Shown: in pieces, positions 36,418-49,890 of the stretch
How the letters are laid out: each line of letters begins with the position of its first letter
How positions within the stretch are numbered: position 1 is the first letter of the stretch
NCBI GenBank assembly: GCA_051362555.1
Contig: CM120645.1
Coordinates: 21,762,001-21,826,000 of the forward strand
Reading direction: 5' to 3'
Origin: Lingula anatina
Taxonomy: Eukaryota; Animalia; Brachiopoda
Length of the DNA: 64,000 nt
Position numbers and translations under genes: made by a program
The notes under the pieces: generated by a model
Told to the model about the DNA's origin: nothing
What the model saw: the letters and a program-made list of their open reading frames with translations, nothing else
The model's database searches: none

Positions 36418-36974
36418 GCGTTCCAGGTCAACCGAAGACACATATGTATCACTTTGAAAGCCGATACATTTCCAGGGCGTTTTTTATAGCTTAGTTTTTT
36501 AAAATTATATTTTCAGCTATTTATAAAATGATAAATGTATACTGTTACTCTTTATACGTAATATTGTCAACAGTGAATATTTCATTAGTTCAAGAGAAAC
36601 AAGTTAATTTGTAAGGCACTATATAAAACATGGCCTCGTGTTTTTCCCCGGTAGATCGTGCCACCGTTCAAGGCACAGCCCGAGATATTCAGGTCAACCG
36701 AAGACGTTGTCAGAGGGAAAACACACCGAAACAAAAAATCATTCCATTTTCACCCCCTCAGGAAGGCAACAAAAAACTTATTATACTGAAATTCTTGAAG
36801 GCATGTGCCTATATAAAAAAGTGGGCCTTCATGTATACATTTATCAGGAATCTCACATCTGATGTTCTTTTTAAAATAAAAAAATTATCCAACTAAAATT
36901 CTAATCTTAAATATTGAAGCATATTTATTATAAAACCAATTTCTTGGTAAATCCAAGAGAAGAGGTCGGTGTAC

Positions 36975-38135
36975 CTGTTTAAGTTGAGTTCTGGTCCTGT
37001 TCTACGCATCAGAACTGTCCACCCTTGCTCACATGATACCCGGATGTTTTTACCCATGAACCTGGCGTAAATATAATGGACACCATCGACGTCATGTGTA
37101 AGGGTTAGTCTAATCTATTTTGTGCAAAAGATATGCAAAAAGATATGCATTTGGAGAGACTTACAGAATGAATTGAGACAGCTATTTTGGGGAGAAAAAA
37201 TAAACAACCTCCTTTGAGGTGGAACGGACAAAAAGGCAGCCTTTAACTTCATCAACGCTACTTGATCAAAATATGCCAAAAGAGCCAAATTTAAACAGAG
37301 GATTGCCCAAACAAAAACTGAAATCATAGGCAACAATACAGTAGATAAATAAAGGAATTAAAAGTTAAGTAAAAAAGAATAAAAATAAATGAATTTTTTG
37401 ACAGATCTGATTGGCTATTTAATCACTGGCAAAAAAAAGAATAAAATAAATAAAAACTTACCATAATCACCACAGTCACGTGGGACCTACATAGCAAAAC
37501 GAAGCTAAGTATTGACGGTTCATTGTGGGTAATGACATCAAATTAAAAACGGGTTTAAACATCATTCTATAGATAAAGGCTAAATGAAACAAATTTCAAA
37601 TAATGACTTTTCAAAAGAAATAAAACAAGATGATTAATTAAGTACATCATAAATGAGCTGAAAATGTTTTCCCCTATGTTTGGGGTTTGCATTTATTTCA
37701 TGAACCTGACTTTTTAAATTTACATCCAAATCTGCAACATGGTTCAAATGCTTTTAAATAACTACCCTTCATTCTAAACTGGAACTTTTTCCAAATATTC
37801 AAGAATCCTAAGATACCTACCTTGACATAGTGTCAACTGGCAGCGTCGTTAATGAGGGCCACCTTGTTAGGGGTGACATCAGAATTCAATTCACACGCGG
37901 TGTTGTCAGATCTTAGGTTAAAAGACATGCATCGCAGATTTCTCCGACATTGTGCTGCATATTGGATTGCACTAATGCCATTTTGCCGCTCTTTGGTTAC
38001 CAACCCAGCTCTAGGCAAATATTTCCCTGGCACAACAAGGAACATTTCGGTCACACCATCATTTCCCTCTGTGTAAAAACGACAAAGAATTGCTGTACCA
38101 GTGGCAAGATTAAGCAGGCATCTTGTTTCCGACAT
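36975..38135 (-). pseudogene. PAN-FReD copy C pseudogene
   Basis: The PAN exon 38135-37821 has CGA>TGA at 37833-37835 and has lost a Cys (AIQYAAQC). Micro-exon at 37486-37462. The exon-3 acceptor near 37096 is mutated from AG to AC. The FReD exon is missing, replaced by upstream-flank sequence paralogous to copies A and B. Confidence 0.85.
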
Positions 38136-39720
38136 TCTGATGCCCAAATAGCCGTACTTACTGAAAAACGCTGAAAACACTACCAAGTCGACAATGCTAT
38201 CAATAAAAAGGGAGGCTAACAATGACAGATTTTGACATGTAAATTAAGCCGTTTGCCTTCTGTTGCTATGTGTTTTAAATAAAACGACGACCTAGAGAAT
38301 ACAATAAAACTGTGAGCACGTTTCACTGAAAAGAAATGTCTAATCTAATGATTTAGACCGATGATTAACTCCTACTACTTTAATTTAGCGGGCTAACTGT
38401 GCCTCAGGCTCCTTAAGAGAAGTGAGCGAGTCACAAATATTTCAAATTGGACTAGAGACCAGTGGCAGCCAGGAAGATAATTTTGGTCAGTTTCTGTTAG
38501 TTAGATGTTGAAATCCTGTAAGCCCTTTTACCAGTAATAGCAAGGAAAGTTAACGTGAAAGCATTACCCCATTACGAGAGACACAATTCTGCCAACCAGT
38601 AGCGTTAGAAGATTGATTGCTTTAATTATCATAATTACACCATTTAGAATGTATTTACTACAGAGCTCAAGTGAATAATCGATATTAACGTATTGCTATT
38701 TGTATGTTCAGTGATGATATCGTTTTTCTTTATTGACACCTTGCCAAAACATCAGTCATCTGCAGTGCAGCAAGGAAAACCACTTATTACAATCATTATG
38801 ACTCTATGCCAGGAATTCTGAAACATACGTATAAAATAACAAGCTTAAAGCATTCTACAAATTTCGATATGAAATCTTATCTATTTCTCGCATTTCTATG
38901 TAAGGAAGTATTGTTGTGAACGTGGGCTAAACTCATAGGTGTGTGCTTACAGTATACGTCGCTGTTAGTGATAGGGGCACGTACATGTTTTCTGGTGAGA
39001 ACGATTTTTCGAAATTGAAAACAAATCAAAGTTGTTCTATCATTTTAATGGTTAATTTTAAGGGGGCTCTTTCCGATATGAGGGAAAATAAAACATATCC
39101 CAAACTTTTTCTTATATATGAAGGTCACGATCTAAACCAAAATTCGCCTTTGAGGTAGACGGCAATCAAAATAATTAATTATTTCACATTCGAGTCTGTA
39201 TTGGAGAACGTCGTCTCCCCAAAAAAGAGAAGACGACTACCGCAAGGTTTTAGCCAATCAGAGTGCGTTGCCTAAAATAGCACTCGTACACTAGGAGAAA
39301 CAAATATGGCGCGGTGGAGTTCGAAGTAAGTCGTTTACAGATGCACGTTAGTAAAACTCTCTCCCTTCATTGTTCGTGAACAGGTTTGTGCACATACATA
39401 CCACGGGGCTGATATCTAAACAAAAGGATTGCAGGGACCGATATAATGAATGAGACGGAGTGACTGCCACGTGCGAAAGATGGGCAGGAAATCAGCCAAC
39501 TTCTCGCAGAAAATCACTGACCCATGTCCCTGTCAAGACACACGCAACCACAAACCATTCACGTAAATGAAAATGATTGGACGGTGACCGCATTTAGGCG
39601 GTATACGCGGGGAAAGTCCATTCTTTGATATCACCCCATGCGCGGTGATATCAGCGTGTTCTATTCAAAGTAAGGGGGTTTGGGTGGGGAATACGCACGA
39701 TTTCCCTTTGTATGTATGAC

Positions 39721-39822
39721 AAATAATGCACTGTTACCCCCTCGCCCGAAATCCACGATAGCATGCCTCGCTGACGCTCGGCCTGCTATCGTGATATCGG
39801 GCTCGTGGACAGTGCATTATTT
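39721..39822. other. ~100-nt DNA hairpin with CTCGCTGACGCTCG apex
   Basis: Outer arms aaataatgcactgt / acagtgcattattt and inner arms cacgatagca.gcc / ggc.tgctatcgtg. Confidence 0.85.
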
Positions 39823-42800
39823 ACTACTTAAACATTTAAAGAATTCATTTAACTTCTCGTCGGTAAAAATAGTCCAAAAATCAACGAATGGCTTGGAAAT
39901 ATGCCAATTCACCGAATGAGTAACTTGTACCAGGAAATATACCGGTGACATGATTAGAGACAGTGATATTTTTCGGGTCAACTGAACCAGCCCTTTTCGG
40001 TTGGATATTTATGAACGACTTTTACTTTTTTTGTTGTTTGCTATGCTTTCTGAGCCGCAATTTTGACATCGCGATTTGCACGCACAGCGTAGCACGGACT
40101 ACAAATGCGTTCCAGACGATTTTGATACTTACTGGCAGTACAGTGGTGAGCATCGTGCAGATGTCAAGATCGTCAATAGGAGTGCCTGAATTTTGTGCTA
40201 CGCACACACGTATCTTATCTTGCTTTTCTAGTCGATCTGTTTTTATACTTTTCAGGTCGAGAGTAGGCCTATTGTTGATGAGGCAAGCAGTCAGAGCAGT
40301 CCAGAACTAGAGGGTAAAGAGCTCCCTGAGGTAAAGAGTTTTCTGTTATTTTTAAATAATACAGGCCTTTTAGTTAATCTGGCATATTCCTTAGTTTTGA
40401 TAGTAATGTGTAGGACCCACCTTACCCTCACCTATATTCACGTGTAATAATCCACACATACAAAAAACTTATAGTTTAGGGATAACAATTGATACGCTTG
40501 AGTGCAGGACAATGATTAATTGAAGTGAAACCCATTTTGAACAGTTCACAACATTATTACTAGTATGCAATTAAATCAGTGCCAATTATTATTATTATTA
40601 GTTTTATTATTATTTTACAGCATACTATCTTGTGATGTCAACCTCATTAGAAAAAAAGCCCTGTATAAAGGTTTAGTAGAGTTGGCAGTGATACAACGCA
40701 CTTCTAGGTCCAGTAGTACAAGGCTTGGAAGAGGTGTGAGATCAGGAGGATTGACTCAAGAACATGAAAGGAGAATTCAGTAACTCACAGAAGAGGTATA
40801 AAACTCATTAAATCCTTATTGAAAAGATAAATTCTAAGTTTCTCACAATACACAAACACCATTCATATTCCTTCTTATTTTCAAAGTAAATTTATTCGAT
40901 AAAATTTGGTGGTGTGAAATCCAGTCCTTATGGTTGTTTTAGTGTTCATACATTTTCAAATATTTTATTTTCGAAGTAAGCTATTGTACATATCAAAACA
41001 GAAATGACAGATATAAAAGTGAATATATTTTTTTCATTATCAGAGCATACATGATGGTGTTGCCAAGAAAATGATGGTGTTGCCAAGGAAAGTGCTGAAT
41101 ACATTGTGACAAGTGTGATGGAAATCCTGGCCTTGCACTGGATATAAAGATGCTTTGGCTAGAGAATTTACCAAGCAATGACTCAGCATCAGTGGAGATG
41201 GGACTGGCCCATCTCCCACTCACTGTAATGTCCCCTACATTTTGACTGCCGTTGAATTTGCTGGATTACTTCACTTTGAAGAAAATCACAGAATAACTAT
41301 TACCACGAGTATCAGTTTACTGACCAAACATTCATAAGACCTGTAATATGCAAGTCACTGAGTAGAAGGATTCTTTTCATTCTACTGTAATTTGTGCAAC
41401 CATTCAGTGAACATAAAAAATAAAGGCATAGAAAAACAAGGTGCTTTCATTTATCCCTTTCTCATATCAAAAGTAAAATGCAACTCTGTACACAATCTGT
41501 TCATAAAATCAATCATTTTAAAAGTTAATGTCATACAAGGAAATAATGTATGTCTGGATGGATTTATAAAAGAAAAGTTTGTGAGGTAATCATCATTTTG
41601 ATAAAAAAAATTCTTATATACATATAAGGACCACGGTGCCTTGAGTCTCTTGGTTCCATCTGCACCATGGCTGCTTAGAAATGTGTACTTGTAATTCCCA
41701 TGTCAAATTCCTGGTTTGTAAGACTGGAATGTACCTTTATTTGTGCTAATTGTTTATGTAACAGCTTGAGGTCTTACTGTCATCCATGATTTTGAGTGCT
41801 TGCTTTGCTGCTTAGTATACCTAAAAACAAAACATTGACTATTGGAAAGACTTCAATGCATTTTTTTGTGAAATTAATAGCACCCACTATCTATAATGTC
41901 TACGCCAGACATAAGAGCACTGAATAGAGCATGGTTATCAAAATTATTTGTTTCAAAATCCAATTTATTATATAATGTTCCCCACAATAAGTACTGATAT
42001 CCTGTGCTTGTCACAATTCTAGGACTAGCTGCCATGGCAGTGTTAAACTTTATAAAATGGCATTGTTCCAAGTACTAACATGCATTAGATTGATATTGAT
42101 GGCAAGGTGTACTGAACATGGTAAAATAAACAGCTATTGTGTGTTTGGATTCTGGGTGTCAGGTACTTACTTTGGCTCTGGCTCTATGTTGGCCTTGAAC
42201 CTGATGTAGGGGTAGATGTTACCACATGCATATTACCTGGATAAAAAAAATATATATATACCAGTGTATTATCCTCATTCTCCAGAGAATCCCCATGAAG
42301 TCAACTTTAAAAACGTAAACAGAGAATAAACATTTACTACCATCAGATGCTGCAATTAATGTGCTCGCTTTAAATATTTTAATTTAAATTAAATTCGAAT
42401 AAGGTAAATAGTGAAAGGTTGTTTTTTCTCTTTTTTTTTTGGACTTGAGGATATAACGACGTTAAGTAAGCCGACAAAAACCAGTCTTTAATAGAAGACT
42501 ATTTAGCTCAATCCTTGTTTGTACTGACTGCTCTAAAGAATAATAAACTTTTCTGCGTACAGCAGGGATAACAGGGGCGGATCCAGAGATATTTAATATT
42601 TTCTGACAGTCTTCCGAGTAATGTTGATCCATCCTCAATTTTTGACCGCCTTTCGACAGAAATATTACATATACCCGCCAATGAAAACTTGAAAATCTAA
42701 CCGTCTTCCGGAAGAACCAGAAGACGCCCTAAATCCGCCTCCTGAATATGTTCTCAATGAAAGAGTCGGACGTGATAAGAGATCGAAATAACCTACCCGT

Positions 42801-43144
42801 ATCCGGCAGAATTTTGTCAGTTTCTCGCTTGTCAGTTTTATTTCCTACTTCTGCTTTGTCTACCTCACCGGCCTGCCAATGAAAATAACATCCTCTGCTT
42901 CTGCATTTCCCGTTTTATTTCCTTTTTCATTGTCCCGTAGAGTTATTCTTCTCTCTTTCATCTCACGTGTACTCGGACTACCCTCCATCTTGGTTTGCAG
43001 TGACATCCGGGTCTTCTCCAGAGCGTAGTAAACAGTAGTATTCAGTCATATGCAAATTGAGGCAAGTCCCAGAATTCCATGCGTAGGGGAGTAATGGCGA
43101 GAAGTTTAGACGAAAAAAAAAATGCTGCGCTTTTTTTTCTTTAA

Positions 43145-44303
43145 GGCCACACTTTTTTATTTTTATGGATGACATCCTGCGCGCGCACCGATTTTCGTCC
43201 GTTCTCCAAAAAAAAAAAAAAAAAAATCACCCCCCCCCCCCCCCCCACTCCCCATCGAAGTCGGTTGTCGCAAACGTCGTTATTGAATTTGCCGGAAAAT
43301 GTGCTTTTTGCGCATGCGTATTACTGCCACGTGGAAATGTGGCCGCTTTGCCATCAAATTCATCTCTAGGATTACTTTCAAATTACAGGACAATTAATTA
43401 TATAAAGTCATAAAGAGAACGGGGTCGTCGTTTTGGATTGTTATGCCATTGATATTGGGCATGGAGATAGCCACTTTTTTACAATTATGCGAAAGGCTGG
43501 CAGCGGCCAGCAACTATTGCTTGGAAAATTTCAGTGATATTCTGTCCAAAGCAACACATACCAGGTTTTTTTGTAGCGAAAAAAAAGGGTCGACAGGGCG
43601 TCGAGGTATTTGGTGGGCTGTAGGTCGGTCAGGCCACCCGACAGTTTGGCTGCTTCATGTGAGTCGAAGTAGACCAAATGTCATCGACCGAAATGACCTT
43701 TTATAGAATTGGTAGTATTAAGCATATCTTTGCATCATTTTTTAACATTTCTGTGTAGTGTTCATAATGCTTTAATATTCTGAGAGTACAAATAAAGACA
43801 TGCTGTTTGTTTGATATTTGTTTTATTGATTGTTATACCAACAAAATGCATGAAATAACCTTAAATAGATTGGGTAATATGCAGCATGTCTATCAGGTCT
43901 GTAGCCAGCAATTCCAAAAGGGAAGGGGTTCTTTTTTTGAAAAAGTGGACCATTTTCCATACAAACTTAATGTATCTAGATCAAATTTTACCCAGAGTGG
44001 ACCTTTTCCCAGCAAAAGGGGTGGTTCTTTCTAACCCCCTGGCTACGGGCCCATATATTCATGACTTTTTTTTTTACCTTTCTACGAAGTATTCACAATG
44101 CTTTGATATTTTGAGAGCATGGATAAAGACATATTGTTAGTTTGATACGTGTTTCTGTGGTAAATTTAAGTTTTCAGCTGTGTACTGACAGCATTCCTTC
44201 ACTTAAGCAGCATTTTTTTTTTTGACTGTTTTTTTTTTCGCCCTCTCGCACCGATTTCGGGGTCTCCAGAGGATGTCATCCATAAAAATAAAAAAGTGTG
44301 GCC
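43145..44303. mobile_element. MITE with 34-bp TIRs, GGCC termini and TAA TSD (Zator/Harbinger-like)
   Basis: TAA|GGCCACACTTTTTTATTTTTATGGATGACATCCT ... AGGATGTCATCCATAAAAATAAAAAAGTGTGGCC|TAA. It contains a further small MITE at about 43895-44052 (gtagccag/ctggctac termini). Confidence 0.85.
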
Positions 44304-45633
44304 TAAGTGATCTTAAAAACCTATACCTCGACCTTCATTTTCTCAACGGTTTTGTGTGAGACATGCTTTGGGGTTCAGGATCAAATAGGCAAAGTTTCAG
44401 AGAAAGGCCTATTTAAGCGTCTACAGCGGAAAGACATCCTTTAACAACTGCTACCAGAATATTTCCATTTTTATTTTGGAATGGTGGCTGAATGCATACC
44501 AATGATTTCTACCAACAACAAAACGATCAAATGATTTTAATCAAAATCTTAAAAGCTTAAAAGCTTTACTTGCATCTGTAAAATTCGAAAATGTGTCACC
44601 GCAAAGAGAAAAAAAAGAAATAAAGTAAATCGCTGTCAAGAGGACCTTTCCCTTTTCCTTTATTTTCATGTCATTACACGTCAAATTTTACCAAAAAAAT
44701 GAGGTCTGTACTTAATGTACCTGTACTATGCAAGTAAGAAGATCTACCTCCTGTACATACTACCAATTTCAAGTAAAAAGATCTCATTCAGACCATCATG
44801 AAATTAAACTATTGATTCAGTTTCAAACACGATGCTATTAATGTTCAAAAAGACATCCACATATTTTGTGTATCTGCAACATGACACTGCACACATAATT
44901 TTAATTTCACCACCCTTCTATTTTCAATATAAAATCTATTACAATTTGTTATGGTATGGTGGTGAAAAAACGTTCACGTGGCCCAGATGCTCCAAGGCTC
45001 ACCGAAGCCCTGTTGTTGCCAAGTTGAAGGGTCCAAACTCGGACTGTAAAAAACAAACTTTAGACATGTAAAGAAATAACTTCTCGCATCAGTTAAATTC
45101 GAATATGAACACTGCACATTTTTCATTATCAATATAATAGAACTTTTTAAAACTCTTTTTAGAACTTTTCGTTCTAGTGGTAAATTTCAACTCAAGCAAA
45201 ATGATACCAAGAAGACTTTTAAAACATATGGTCACAAAACTTTTGAGATTGCTACAGAAAATTTATAGTCTATTAACGAATCAAATGTGTATTTTAATGA
45301 CTCTCATCACTGTTTTAAAAGTATTAAAAACTTTTCTGTTTAAATAATTTTTGGTTAAGTTAACGTTTATGTTTTAGTTTTAATTAATCTTAATTAAACT
45401 TTGTAATTTGAGTTTTTATATGTTAATGTAAACAGCGCTGAGGCGCACGTGTAAAAACATATTTTTGTTCTTCTTCTTACTATTATTGGTTATATAAATG
45501 ACCCAATTTGTATCAAGATTATTAATAAAATGCTATTAAAGGGGGGTATCAATTAAAATATAAAAGAAGCAAAATATTCTTCTGAATGATGCTGCACACG
45601 ATTTCCTCTCTGAATTTTGCTTTCCTTCGCCCC

Positions 45634-47246
45634 TCAAGCCAATTGCTTTATCTTCAAAACAGCCGCACTAAGCAGATACTTGTTTCCATCATCCACGCCT
45701 GTGTGTTTAAAATGCTGATAACAAAACGTAGTACACTCCAGTGTCGCCATTTTCCCCGTGAGAACGATATGCGTGCAATCGCGGTACCACCAACCGCCCT
45801 TGAATTCATCGGCACAGTTTCTAGACATGAGGTTTTCATCATTGTCAGCATCATAGGTGGAAAACGGCATACCAAACTGGAAAAACCAATAATTGGGATC
45901 TTGACTTATGTTTCCAACACCTGGATGGAATTGATTGAAAACATATTTTTCTGATTCCGGGCCTATGCGGAAACCGTGATGGATTTCCCAGTAGTAATTA
46001 TCAGTGGGCAAGCTCCTAACTTCGACCATTAAGGAGTAGTTTCCCTGGTTGGGGAGATGATGAAACGCTTCCAGTCCCAGCCAGTGGTCGCCGGCAACGT
46101 CACCAAATCCGTCACGGTAATCCACCCAGGACCTTCATATGTAAAGAATAAATCAAAACATGAAATTATATATTTCCGACAATATCAATACAGGGGTCAC
46201 TAATTTAACTAAAATCATTATATTTTATCCCACTTCAACTTCGGCGTCAACGAAGCTGTGCCAGAGAACGCCAGGGAAATTAAGGTTAATCTTAGTGTTT
46301 TATAACACTTATTAAGTACTTTTACAGAATATTAAAAAAATTAGATTTATAATTTGATTAACCGCACAAATGGTGGATCTTAGAGAAGAGGGCGGTGTAA
46401 ATCTTGCCATACATTTACCTGCTAAAGTTTAGTTCTGGTCTTGTTCTACGCATCAGAACTGTCCACCCTTGCTCACATGACACCTTGAGTTGTTTACTCA
46501 TTGATCTTACGTAAATATAATGGACACCATCGACGCCATCTGAAATGGTTATTATTTAGTGAAAAAAGATCGTCATACAAAGAGACTTACATGTAGATAA
46601 ATCAGATGAACAAATAACATAAAAGCATTCTTAGATATATATAAAGATAAATGACTAAATAATGGAAATGATAAAATAAGTTTGTCGTTATTCTGCAATG
46701 TCTGATTGGGGCAAGAATTCGTGGTAAAAATATAGATTGATAATTGGTTACTTACTATAATCAGCACAGTCGCGTGGGACCCAAAATATAAAATTGAATT
46801 TAGTATTGATATAAATAGCGTATTTTGTGCACTTATCGCATAGGCTAAATGAGACTTTATCCTGTGATTTAGCCAAGTTCTTTTTTTTTCAGACATTTTA
46901 AAAAGACTATGATACAAACCCTGGCATAGTGTCGACTGCCGGCGTCGTCGATGAGGGCCACCTTCTTAGGGGTGAAATCTACAGCGGAATTCAGTTCACA
47001 CACAGCGTTGTAAGATCTCATGTTAAAAGACATACATCGCGGGTTTCTCCGACATTGTACTGCACATTGTATTGCACTTATTCCATTTTGCCGCTCTTTA
47101 GTTTCCAGCACAGCGTTTGGCAAATATTTCCCTGGTACAATACGGAAAACATCGGTCGCACCATGTTTTCCTTCTATGTAAAAACGACTAAGAATTGCTG
47201 AACAAACGACAAAACAAAGCAGCCCCCTTGCTCTCATTTCCGCCAT
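45634..47246 (-). CDS. PAN/Apple + FReD protein, copy D (open reading frame intact, micro-exon acceptor mutated)
   Basis: Exons 47246-46920, 46780-46756, 46539-46419 and 46132-45634 (972 nt, in frame). The acceptor before the 25-nt exon reads ttttGG instead of ttttAG (46781-46782). Confidence 0.75.
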
Positions 47247-48380
47247 TCTGACGCCCAAATAACCGTTCTTACTGAGAAACTCTGGAAACACTCACAAGTC
47301 TACCATGATATCAATATACCATTAAAGGCAAGTTAACAATGACCGATAGTGACATGCTAGTTAAACCGTTTGCTTTCTGTTGCTGTGTATCTCAATTGAT
47401 ATAACAAAATACTTGTATCGCGGACTACGTTCTTGGAAAAAAGGAACATCAGTTTGCGCGACGATAATGTGCACAAACATATTGGCATTTCAGTCTGTGG
47501 ATTTCAAGGGTATCTATCATTTTATTAGGATAACAGAATGCGTAACTAAAATAAACTAACATGTACTTACCAATCACATGGAAATTTTTGTCATACATGA
47601 GCGTTTGTGCCTTTCCTACCGAAACTTGGATCTCATCTTAAGAAAGAGCACGGTTCAAGGGTTGGCATGAGTTAAGAAACAGAATAAAACTGTCTATTTC
47701 GATCAAGAGGTGTCAATAGTAATTCACATAAACTAAGATGATCAGCACGTTTCACAAAAAAATGAAATGGCTAATGTTGCAGACCGACCTTTCATCCTAA
47801 CTACTTTAATTTCCGGGCCTAACTGTCACAAATAATGAAATTAATGGCCCTTTTTTCTTCCTACTTGTGTGTTTTTGTTTGATAAAGAAAGTCCTTAACA
47901 ATGGAAAACAGCGAAGTTAATGTGTATTTAGTACCCCCATGACGAGATTAAGATGAAATATTTATCATTTATCTTTTTAAATAATCTTGCAACCCATGAC
48001 GATTTGGATAAACACGTATACATAGACATAATGGTACAGTCAGATAAAACTACAAATTGATAAAAATAAGAACACTGATGGATAATAAAACGCAAACAAA
48101 TCCCGTTACATTATAAAAGGCATTTACCAAATGTTTTATAAGTTGACGATCAGATGTGACACACCGTAGATGGATTGCCATAATGATCAAAACTGCGCTA
48201 CTAACAATGTAAACCACTTATTGTAATCACCACTGCTCCAGGGAATGGGACACACATACAAAAAACACGATTAATGCATTTCGCTTACTTGTAACACCAA
48301 CTAATGATGCTAAATATAACAACTAATCAATTACTTAAATTTCAATGCATATATTTATTGTTTGTGATAGATGATTTAAG

Positions 48381-48413
<33 letters not shown>

Positions 48414-49149
48414 CTTTATTGTTATAGTCTCTCTCTAGAAAAGATGACAATGGACATTTAATCTAATTTGTCATTAGTGTATGTTTTAAAAAATTATTTG
48501 CTCACGGTCTAACGAAACTGAGGGTCCGTGTAACAAAAGTACACTCTCCATTTGGATATAATGGTTAGGGTTAGCCTGACCTAAGTGGGTTAAATTTTAG
48601 GGTGAGGCTTACCTGATAAAACCTGATGAATGGGAATGGACTCTCTTTCATGAAGGACTCTCTGCCACGTTCTACCGGTACGTTTACAAGCTATCCTTAT
48701 AGTGAAATGGTCTTCCTTCTTGCCCTTATTATCAAAGCACATGAGGCAAAATACGAGCTAAAAGGAAAAGCGAGCACTATCATCTAAACGGTCACACTTG
48801 CTTAAATACAGCAAAACCCGTCTAGTTATCTTCGTGAAATTGATACCGGTACATTTGAAATTAAAACATGATTGCAAAGCACGCATTTTGTTATAATTTA
48901 GAGCCAAAACTTTTCATCTTACGTTTTCCAATGTGGCAATATAATCGGCTCATAATGTTATAATTTTTCTGAAGTTCTGCTTGCATTTGTTTTTTAATTA
49001 CCAAAATTTAGTTTAATTCACATTTGCAAAATTCGTCCGCCGCATTTTCATTATATAGGTGCATGTTAGTATAATTCTCTACATAAAACGATTTAAAATC
49101 ACCACCTTTATCTTTCTGTCATCCATCCCCGTCTACTTTAAATAGTCAG

Positions 49150-49262
49150 TGTGAGATAATACACTGTCACCCGAGCGATATATGCCATAACACCTCGAGC
49201 GTCAGCGAGAGGTGTTCATGGCATATATCGCGAGAGGGTGACAGTGTATCATTTGACATACA
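49150..49262. other. ~110-nt DNA hairpin with CGAGCGTCAGCGAG apex
   Basis: Arms ataatacactgtcaccc / gggtgacagtgtatcat and cgatatatgccat-aacacctc / gaggtgtt-catggcatatatcg. Confidence 0.85.
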
Positions 49263-49554
49263 TACCGAGAAAAAATACAGTCATTCCATCTTAAAACACC
49301 CCTAAAACCGAATAAAGTGACCCCATATCACGCTCTAGAGATGTTATACGAAATAAACCCGTCGACGTGCGCTAGTCATCTCCCGCCAAATTCTTACGTA
49401 ATGTTTGACCAATTTGGTCAATTTTTGCTAAATACTTGTCGTGGACGTTCAACTGGCCCGAAAGGTATTTAATCAACCGTCGACACTGACCATGCGAGTC
49501 TCAGCTGAGCCACACCTAGCTGGAACTGCTGCGGAAAAAAGGTCCCGAGGCAAA

Positions 49555-49890
49555 ACCTCTACTTTTTAGTGACATTTCTGATAAAAAAGGAGCGTCGGAC
49601 CGGAATATAGTCAAACTAATTCTTCACAAGTGCAAAGGAAAAAGAAATTTACTTTTTGGTGATATTTCTGACAACGAGGCAATTCGGAATATAGTCAAAA
49701 TCGACGGATGATTATTACAAGTTCACGGGAGTAATAATTCTAGTTTTTTATTGTTATTTCTGACGACGAGGCGGTTTCGGAATATACATGTGCTGGTTTT
49801 CAGAGTATTCTTGTGCTTCATGTAATTACAAGTTCAAAGGGTGGATACATTTTATTTTTACCGATATATCTGATACAGAGGAAGAATGAA
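49555..49890. repeat. Degenerate ~85-110-bp tandem repeat (about 4 copies)
   Basis: Recurring ttttt..tg.tatttctga..acgagg...cggaatata and ttacaagttca. Confidence 0.6.

Larger units (their letters stand above)
39062..44440. mobile_element. Kolobok-like DNA transposon remnant (~5.4 kb including nested inserts)
   Basis: TTAA|GGGGGCTCTTTCCG ... CGGAAAGACATCCT|TTAA, an imperfect 14-bp TIR (10/14) with TTAA at 39058-39061 and 44441-44444. Decayed coding remnants inside resemble Kolobok transposase motifs: ISGDG..SPTHC and LLHFEEN on + at 41188-41292, and YTKQQSKHSKSW..VRP on - at 41820-41770. Confidence 0.6.

Noticed and set aside
39062-40328. Shorter element ending at aaagagctccct (40328)
   Set aside because: It has no TTAA on the right; the terminus at 44440 has TTAA and a longer TCTTTCCG match.
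41341-42170. Intronic snoRNAs in the spliced non-coding-looking unit
   Set aside because: I found no convincing C/D box pair with terminal stem or H/ACA structure by eye.
45586-45954. Plus-strand ORFs conserved opposite the FReD exons (also 52210-52491)
   Set aside because: They are antisense shadows of the paralogous minus-strand coding exons.
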